NCBI GenBank assembly: GCA_000934665.2
Contig: KZ539145.1
Location: 1-32,163, forward strand
Direction of reading: 5' to 3'
DNA: 32,163 bases
DNA from: Catajapyx aquilonaris
Lineage: Eukaryota
Part shown: piece after piece, positions 22,701 through 32,163 of the stretch
Layout: the number at the start of each line of letters is the position of its first letter
Position numbering within the stretch: the first letter of the stretch is position 1
Notes under the pieces: model-generated
Database searches by the model: none
Told to the model about the DNA's origin: nothing
The model's input: the letters and a program-made list of their open reading frames with translations, nothing else
Translations under genes and position numbers: made by a program

Positions 22701-25700
22701 AAAATATGGACACCCCAAATCAGGTTTCAATTTGCACAGCAGTAATTCATATTTTTTTCTGAATGTAAATATGTACAATAAATTAAAATTAAAATAATGC
22801 TCCGAGAGCGATATCCAGCACACTTATTTTCTGAAACTAGTCCCGAATGAGGTGCCTATTTATAGTGCTAGAAAATGTGGATGACTCAACCCGGCTCTAA
22901 AGATAAACCGGCCGTTCTACTAGCATGATTGACTCCTGGCAATATACATGCGCACTTGAACCAATTACACCCTGCCGTCTACTTGATGGCAGATATCTGG
23001 CTGTATGTATATGCCGGTTTGATATCGTGCACTAGGATTTGAACGTTAATGAAACGGAAATGGGGTCGCAATTCCCAGTAAATCTGCCCGGAGTCTGGCT
23101 GCATTCCCTTTAAGCTGGCCTAGTTCTTAGTAGAAGTCTGTGCAGCAGCATGCCCCAGGACCACCCCACCCCCTACCACTTCAACCCAGTTCATATCGAT
23201 TTTGGGTGTCGAGGAAAAGTCATTTCCTGCCAAGAGCAGAGCCGGTGAAGTTAAGAGTGTCACGTAATGTCTATTAAGAGGCATGGTAATTAGATTCGGG
23301 TTTGGGGGACAATTAAGTGGGCATGTTTTTATCCGGGATTAACGATGAGGATTAGAGTGTACCTTGAGTTGTACTGCTGGTTTTTTTTTTCTTTGCAGTT
23401 CATGAAGTCATTTACAGTGGAGTTGTTCAAGGTGTGGGATTTATGCGTGTGGTTCGGCCATATTATGCCGAGACAGCCGATTCTTATGTAAGGTTATAGT
23501 TTTTACGTGATTGAAAATAGTTTGCAACTGTAATTATTTCAGCTAGAAACCTTGCCGGAACGAACCAGCACGTTATTGTTCACATTTCTAAGTTTAAATT
23601 GTCAAAATTCAATAGTAACTCACACTGCACAGTTCCGCACATGCATTGTATAATGTACAGTATATGTCAGAAGAAGAAAAAATGTTCGGACATGCACTGT
23701 AACACAGATAACCTGAAGATACTGCCAAGGCGCTGTCGGTTGTGTGACAGGAATGGGAAGCGCCGAAGTTAGGATACCATAATCTCTAGCTGTCCAGAGT
23801 GATGTTCAATATCACTGAACTTTTCAACCAGGAGAGTTGACCGGCAATAAATCCAAGTTGAAGGAGGAATGTAAAAGTTTTTCGAATAAAAGGGGCCTTG
23901 GAAAATGCGATCAACATCTGACAGAGCGATATTATATAGGTATGGGTATACGTACTGTATATAAGAGCAAGTCCTTAGATACCCAAGAATGTTGCAATAG
24001 AGTGTGATGCAAAGTTTACTGTTTCGGTAAGATTTCCGTAATGAGGCAAATTACAGAGTAAAGGACCCGAGTCGGATGCAGTGACAACAAAAGCTCGAAG
24101 GAAGAAGTCCTGTCGGAGTTACAAAGCACATCTTTGGAGAAGAAGAAAAAAAAATTGCCCGCAGACAAACACTTTCTCGAGTTCTTCTCGAGTCGGAACA
24201 TGTCAGGAGGCTGAACTTGGAAGTAAAAGTTAATGGTTTGAGGGAATGAGGGCCGAATAAGGAAGTTTGTCGAGAGCACCCGAGAAGTTTGAGGTGTTTT
24301 AGGCCGAGATTCATTATCCAATATCGGAGCGACTCGGCTTGAGTTGTTGATGGCGTCGAAGAAGTTTTCTGCTGGAGAGGAAATTTGATCATTTCTTCTG
24401 TTTCGAGTCTAGATGGACCGTTTTTTGAAGGGTCCACTGTTGTTTTTAGGCATATGGGGCTTGATTGGCAATCAACTTCCTGGTAGCACCAAACAGGTGG
24501 TTTAATGACGGCAGGTGCCCAAAACGGCCTTAATGCAATACAAAGACTTTTCCTCATTTCCGCCTCGGAGGAGACGGGGATTTGCATGACAAAGAGGGTC
24601 GCCCCTGCTGTTTTTAGGAACGACTTTACCTTGATGAGAATGGCGGTAAAAATGAGGGGCTGCCCTGCCCTGGGGCTGCGTGTGCAATTAATTTCGGAGA
24701 CTGGATGTAATTACTGGTGTCCCAAAAGGATTATTTTCTTAATACTTGTTCGATCAAGTCAGAGGGAGAACCATTTCTCACAGGGATGATTCGAGTGGGT
24801 TACGTATAGATTGGACATGTTTGTTTAGCGTAGAGGTGATATAGAGGCCCGGGCTATAAATGACAGCTTATCTGCTTATTTTTGTGTGCGGGTGTGTCGC
24901 AGATGAGCGGACCTAGTATGGGAAAAATATGTATAGTATTGCATTGTGCACCACAGCAGGGTTGGATAGGATTGTAGTGATGTATTACTCACGCTTGCTC
25001 CAAAACAGGGCCTTTATGACTGCCCATTTTTGACTAGCGGTCCATCATGTAAAATTGAACCTAGGACTATTCTCACAGCTTATGTTGGGCGTAGACTAGA
25101 AGATGGGTGCTACACCCGTCTCTAAATATGAAGGGTGGACACCTGGTTGGACATATCCTATGTTTATTGCTCGCAATTGGAGGCTTAAGATGTTTTTTTT
25201 TCGCTCATGGTGATACATAATTTTGAACTTTAGGGTATGTAAATTGAAGGATGGGTTGAATAATATAGGGCATCTTGTAGGTCGCTGGAAATGTCAATGA
25301 TATTCTGAGGTTTTCTCGCATTATATGCGCCAGAATTGTGGCCTAGAATATGAATCATAACCATGACTTCTTTAAAGCATCGTTCGTATGAAAACTAGCC
25401 GGCACTATATGGAAATGCGGGATCGTACTGACGTGGGGCATTGAGAATTCCTGGAGTCTAGCACACAGTTATCTCTTGTACGGATCAACATGTACTCGGT
25501 AATGTAACGGGACGCATGGGACGAATCTCGCGCATCTTCCCTTGCATTTCCTGATTTGCTAACAAAACAAAGGCAAAAAATAAACACTTTTTTTCTCAAG
25601 ATTTTTTTTTTTCGCCAGAACGAACATGACAAAGGTCCTGGGCTTGCGACAAGCGACGAACCATTGTGCGACAGATAATCAGCTCCTCACCTTAATTTAA

Positions 25701-28700
25701 GAACCGCCGAAAGGAAACAATCATATACCAAAGAAACAAGAAGAGGAGTATATCATACTTTGGGCTTTCACTTCCGGCATTTTCAGCAGATAATCCAAAG
25801 GCTGGGACAAAGAATAAGCTAAGTGAACACTTTTTTTTTTCGGACAGTGCCAGCGAAATTGCCAAAAGGGATGAAGAAGTAGGAAAGTTGCGACGATGAC
25901 AACATCACGTAATGGAATTGCGTACCCTTTTTTTTTTTTTTGTTTCGTCTCCGGCCTTCATATCTCATCTGCTCTGAATGTCAGACTCGTTTACTTCCAG
26001 AGACGAAAACGTCGGACAGAGTTGCAGGAATCAGCCTCGTTTATTACAGAGCGAAGGTGGCAAAGGTGAAGTGCTTTCGGCAAGTTCAGGTCGTCATCTT
26101 CTCGCCTGGCGCAAAATGAGGCGTGATTTTCCCCTCGCATTTTTGCAGGATTTTTTTGGGGAAGGGCAAAATCCTGAGGGGTAAAAAAAAAAAAATGCCA
26201 GAGCGTGATGAGGATGGAACAATGTGATGTATGGAAGACATATCCGGAGAATCGGGGGGCTTTGATGAGAGAGGAAAAGTGATAGGTGCGTCGTGATGGT
26301 GTTAGATAATCAGAGCCTGAAATATCCGACATTCCGTATAAAACAGGGTAATTTTGCAGGGGGTCATACATTGAACTATTGGTCTGAATGTGCTGATAGT
26401 TTTGGACACGGTTCTGGCTAATCGGAACTGATAGATGGCGCGCAGTGCACGCCACCTATATACCAAGCGCAATTATCAGGCTGCCCACAGAGAAGTCAGA
26501 AACAGCCACTCGACGTCCAAAGTAGAGCAATAGTATTATTTTTATACCACGCTAATTTCGTAGTAATTAGCTGCATGTGACAGGTGATTAATCAGGGGGC
26601 CTTATCCGCACTGCCGGAAATCAGTTGGATTCCCAAACAAAAGAGGCAGATCCTGCTGGCAACGGGAACCTCCTTCAGTTTAGCCAAGTATTTTGGCAAA
26701 TATTCGTGGTCCCCGAAGGGCATGAAGTTGCCGTATTCGTCGCCATTGTTATCCTGGGACTAACTATAGTATATATAAAAAAAAGTTGCTGATAATGGAG
26801 GCTGAAGTATAGTTCTGGAGTGTGAAGCATGAAACGCAGGGGCTGGGATTTCTATCGGACCTGTAATGACTCCGGTTCCGCCTCAGCGGTTATCGTGGGT
26901 CCGGTCCTGATGCATGTACAGTGTTCGGCGTGCCGTTGGGAAGGACATGGCTGATAATTGTCCGATCTGATTGCGGGGGCTGCTGAATTCAGGAGTAATC
27001 AAGCAGCAGAGGCAGGCATTCAAAATGTGTTCGGCGATGGCCAAACTTAGGCGGTAAAATGCAGGCCATGTTACCTTTTGTGTGCGGTATCGAGGACATA
27101 AAGTTAGGCGGACAAGGGTGCCATTTAGATATGCCTGAAACAAAGATTTGCGATTGTTGCGCATGTACATTTTAGGCATCTTAATTGACTTCGGGATATA
27201 CAGGCGTCGCTCTTGTCCGTGACAATCTGAATTATTCCGCGGTATGAAATATTGGGATATATGGTTCGCTGACCGGCGACGATAATGTCTTCCTGGCATG
27301 CCAAGTTCGAATATGAATAGTCGGTTAGTTTATTACTGGTATTACACACGGCAATCCATATCGCAATTTGGGAAGAAAGTTTTCGTGGCAGGCTGCAATT
27401 ATAATTTTGCGGTTTTCCCTTTTGTCCCCCCACGAATTGTTCGGTTCAGTCACTGATATGAGTACGTGACATCGTCCAATAGATTCCGTGGCCATTATGA
27501 ATGGCAATGACAGGGACAGACCTATCATTAACTTTCCAAGGACATGTGATGCTGTGGCTATGGGAAGGGAAAACTTGACCCTATAACGCGTGATCAATCT
27601 ATAAATCTGGCCTTTTCTTCCGTATACAAATTGAAATTGGCCGAGGCACATTTCACACGGAGATTTTGCGTATGCATGTAGAAATCTGCGGTATCCCAAG
27701 ACTCGTGGAAACTAGGATTTATAGGACGTGCTCGTCTTACTTCCAAAGCCTGAGCCGCTGTTATATGACCTTTGGTGCCTCTTGCCGTCGTTTGCTAAAC
27801 GGGGTTGCGGTTTGGTTCTGTCAGCAACCCGGCTCAATATCAAGCCTGCGATCCTTGCAAGGCCCATCGATTTTTACTCTCCAATGCAATGCAATGGTTG
27901 TATATACTGTAGTCTGTGTGGTCCAGAGAACATAGGACTGGTTTTTTAAGTCTACATTTTAATACTGAATAGCGTTCTTTTTTGTGGACCGCACTGTCGA
28001 GACCACTTGGTTTCTTAGGAGTAACTTGGGACCGCATACTGCATTTCAAAGCATTAATTCGATGCAGTAATTTTTTTATATCCAGCATTTCCCTTGGTAA
28101 CCTTCCCTATTACGATACATATATTGATGTCACGTCTGGGAAATTAGATAGGACTCAATTTATAGCTTTGGTGTATTGTCTGGATTCGGATTCTGACGTG
28201 TTGCTGTACACACGCCTTATATGGTTGGATGCGGGATGGGATTTGGGTTGGGGCAGGTTGGGGAGGATGACATAAAACTCGAATTAGCTATCCCGCCTCT
28301 GTGACCATCATTGAAGGCCCGGCAAACACACGTTTCCATTTAGACGACATTTCACCAGCCCTGATCGGAAGGCAGCAATTTGCAGCTCATTTTCTGTACA
28401 AAAAGCGCGATTTGGATAATCCGATTTTTGCATGGGCCGCTCTGAGGCCAGAACATGATAAGTACACACACATTGTCCTGACAATTAAGGATGATGAGAG
28501 GGATATCAGGTTTTGCTAAAAGAGAGGGGTCGCATTGCACTGGCACATTGTTAGGTTGTGAACCTACCGTTAATAACCGGTGTAATGTATGCTTATGTGC
28601 AGGGCCGGATTTATGCCGCGGATTTTTGTGGCATTAATTTGCATATATTTTCGTGACTGTGAAGGTTTGCAGGAGGAACGTGACGTCACACAATTGGCCA

Positions 28701-31256
28701 ATTACATGCCCTGTACGCTGTGTTGATTTTTTTTGTGAATTTAAATATTTCCTTTAGTGATTGATATAGCGGCTGAAATAGTTTCTAAGGAGTTGGTGAT
28801 ATTTCACATTCGTGAAAAAAGCTGTTTAAATCGAACAGAAACAGCTTTGGATAGCGTTTGACATTATAAAGCGAACCTCATGGGAATCGACCTGAACTTG
28901 GACTCTTCAGTCATCCCCCAGGATAACTTATGGTCTGATTGAGCTACGCATTAAACGTCCCTGAGAGCTTGCCTACGTCCCCTATGGCAACTGCCCTTCA
29001 CCGGTTCTCTCTTTTTTTGTCATCTCTCTCTAGGGACTATCGGACGTGTTAGCGACTTGCTAGGAGACTCCTTGACGATTCAGCTGCCGTTAGCAAAAAG
29101 GAAATGAGAAGGAAAAAGCAAGAACTCCGTCAGTGAAACTGCGTCGTCATCGCATTTCCCTTTTACGTCGGCTACGTGAAGTTGCCAACTCTAGTTTAGA
29201 AGTAAAAGGCATCAATTTAGGGGGTTAGACTAGTGTTACGAGAATATGCGGAATATGCAGTTTGAGTTGGGTTTGCGGAATTTACTCGTGGCGTGTGTAT
29301 GTATATAGGTGGGGTGGAAAATGGATTCAATAGCCAAGATCTGTTAATATAATAAAAGGGACATGTTGTGTTTTAGTTGGCGATTTTAACAAGGAACAAC
29401 GAAAACATCATGTCATTAAATCCACATTGGGTAATATCCTAAACAAAACAGTAATTCGACTAGCTTTTTCCCTTTATTTGCCTTTAGAAAGGTTAATGAT
29501 CAATATTGACGCGGGTAATGTGAACGAGCACGTGTTTGTCCCCAGCTGTTATTTTTAGCGATAAATACCGGTTCATTAAACTGTTGTTGCGATTAAGGGC
29601 CATCGCATTGAAAATCAGTTAAATGAATAGCGTGCTTTTCAAGATCGCTCTGATGCTGTGAAACATCACGCTCCATTGTGTGCATTGGAATCTGGTAGTC
29701 GAACAACTGTTAGGGACATAAATTTCCGCATCACAAGCACGTTCCTATTTTTATGAGGTCTATTTGTTGCCATTGTTGCAATGAGCACATTTGATGTACT
29801 GTATATCGAAATATTGCTTATTTCCATATACGAAGAACACCATAAAGCGACAATGACCTTTTGACCCCCATGCACGTGCACTTAACGTTCTTGGCAGCCC
29901 TATAGGTATCAATTTGGGAGTTTTTGGGACCTTCGAAGCCCCCATGGAGCAAAACCTTCCGTGAATCACGAAGCCGGTTGCCAACATCAATCGGAGAAGG
30001 GAGGGGTTGTAGAAAAAGCACCGACATAAACCGTGGTTCAAGCAATTGAGACGAGGAAGTGGGATCGGTCCTGGTCCCTTTTTTTTTTTTACCCTGAAGG
30101 TTTATTCTCATGGGTGCGCGAAATATTCTTTCAACGGTCAGGTTTGCTCGTTCGGTAAAAAAAGAACGTGTGGTCATATGAAAACGAGTCTGGGAGAGAG
30201 CTGATGGGAATTGAAACGCTTTTTTTTTGGTGCGTACAGGAAGGGGGCTAAAGTGGACTAGAACGTGAGAACCATTTTTGAAGTTATTGTTCCGGGAGAG
30301 TATAAGCAAAATGGGATTCACGATTACGTGGGGCTGTTGAGGTCTATAGAATTTTTTGGGATCCGTATATCTCGGTTGCATACGGCAAATATCGGTTTAT
30401 AGTCGAGAAGCACTGGCTACTGCCCAAGTCGTATCTGGAAGACTTATGGCCGATTTGGGGACATTTGTGAGAGCCTTCAATTCATGGCTTTTTATCAGCA
30501 TGGTGTTCGAATGGATCTGCACTGAAATAATTGGTGTTTAAAAATATATATTTTTTTTTGTAATGACGCAGCAATTTCCCGCTATAGTGAAACATTGTTG
30601 TCACTAAGCCGCTTCCGGGCTGGTGCCACAGTAATCAAGTGTGACAGCCGGTAAACAGATGCGTATCGCACATGTAGGGTGACAATCCGTATTTAGTAAG
30701 GTCGTTGCACCTGTTTGGCGTTATTCCAGACGTAACTGTTATTTTTGAGTCGCGAGGCGAGCGTTAAAAAAATGGCAATATTTTGGCTTTTATTTAGAGC
30801 CCTGGGGGGATGGAGGATGTATTCATGAGAGTCCGAATCCGTCATGCGGAGAGAGAGAGATACGTAACGGTGTCGACCATGTGGAAATATTATGGAAACA
30901 CATGTGGAGAATCGAAGGCGATGTTTGGTTCCCTCCCCGAAAATGACTTGATAAGTGTATCCAGGAAGGAGTCCTTTGTGATTTAAAAGCGGAATTTAAT
31001 TTCACTCTTCAATGCACATTGCTTTTCATGGGGTTGGGCAGCTCGGAAATCCACAAACGGGTGAAATAGGGGGGTAATAAGTGGAGGAAAAGTAGCCGTC
31101 GCCCCTTTTTGTCACCTTTACTCGAACTGGTCATGTTCATTGCAATATCCGGGAAGGTTTTCACTGAAAGGGAATGACACCAGTTGTTGTTTTTTTTCCA
31201 GACCTTTTTATGGGGGCTGAATATTGCGTGAAGTGGGTTGACATTGAACAACAGTG

Positions 31257-31496
31257 AAAGGAAGTTTATTGCACGGATTTTTTTTTTTTGTGGCTGATAA
31301 ATAAGTTACGGAGTTTTGTGCACAGGCAAAATGCCAAAATGTAGTATGTAATTTCTCTTTTAGTGGTTATTCTCAANAAAGGAAGTTTATTGCACGGATT
31401 TTTTTTTTTGTGGCTGATAAATAAGTTACGGAGTTTTGTGCACAGGCAAAATGCCAAAATGTAGTATGTAATTTCTCTTTTAGTGGTTATTCTCAA
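31257..31496. repeat. 120-bp tandem duplication separated by a single N (probable assembly artefact)
   Basis: 31257-31376 and 31378-31496 are identical except for poly-T length; N at 31377. Confidence 0.9.
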
Positions 31497-32163
31497 AGGC
31501 TTGTGCTTTTTTTTTTTACCCTTCCCGTAACTACCCTTCAGAATTTTATATGGTGTAGATGTCGTGCTACAGTACCATTTAGGGCGTTTGCACATTGGGG
31601 TAGGCGTACAATTTATCTGAAATTTTATGAATTGAGGTCTTGTCCCTGCCCATCACGTGCCAACATTAATGTAAATNGGGGGGGGGGGGAAGTTGCAAAT
31701 GACTATTTACATGTATAACCATATTATTCCTAGCTATAGCTCTAAGCGATTTATATCATAAAATGCACACATGAATTTAACATACCCTGCGTCTCTCCGT
31801 ATAATTTAGAAACTTTTTTTTTTCAATTTACTTCGAACATGACTTTCGATACCTCGAGCTAGAATTTTCTATGCTTCAGATAGCCTTGTCAGCTCGGAAA
31901 TGTATAGCGGCGCACAGTTGCATTATACATTGCACCTTTATGGCAGGCTAATAAACCTCCTGATATGTTTGCTGACGTGCGTTATTAAATTTCAAAGTCA
32001 CTATAAGCTTTTCATGCCTCAGGCGGTTGTCAGTTGATATGTTATCTAAGCAAATGTTTGTAATTCAAGGAAATTTCTACTAGTTTATGATTCTGTGTGT
32101 TCTTATGAACTATTCCTGCACGTACTCATATATAACGACACTTTTACCACCTGCAAAAATGGT

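Noticed and set aside
24051..24587. 178-aa minus-strand ORF
   Set aside because: No recognisable domain, atypical composition and no supportable exon chain.
29818..30381. 187-aa minus-strand ORF
   Set aside because: Non-ATG start, runs through homopolymer tracts and has no recognisable motif; likely a chance ORF.
31257..31496. 120-bp direct repeat as a biological duplication or array
   Set aside because: The copies are joined by a single N and differ only in homopolymer length, typical of unmerged overlapping contig ends.
1..32163. Prokaryotic systems (CRISPR arrays, operons, defence islands)
   Set aside because: The sequence is an intron-containing eukaryotic locus, and no regularly spaced repeat-spacer array was seen.

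Overview
Eukaryotic genomic DNA with spliceosomal GT-AG introns and draft-assembly gaps. An arthropod, probably an insect, is inferred from the protein motifs. The first half carries a complete + strand gene for SAP130, the Sin3A/HDAC complex subunit. I reconstructed 14 phase-consistent coding exons from ATG 1057 to TAG 15494 (about 1138 aa), with the conserved SAP130 C-terminal domain and a poly(A) signal at 16456. Its introns hold several non-autonomous transposons: a TA-flanked Tc1/mariner-type MITE with a TTAA-flanked MITE nested in its left inverted repeat, two other foldback elements and a tRNA-derived SINE. Just downstream of the poly(A) signal is a promoter-like, CpG-richer segment with a consensus splice donor and YY1-type motifs. 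The remainder (about 17-32 kb) looks intronic or intergenic, with no confidently recognisable gene. I see no convincing evidence of a novel biological system. The most notable observations are the nested MITE, candidate alternative or poison splicing events, and a sharp change in CpG density.
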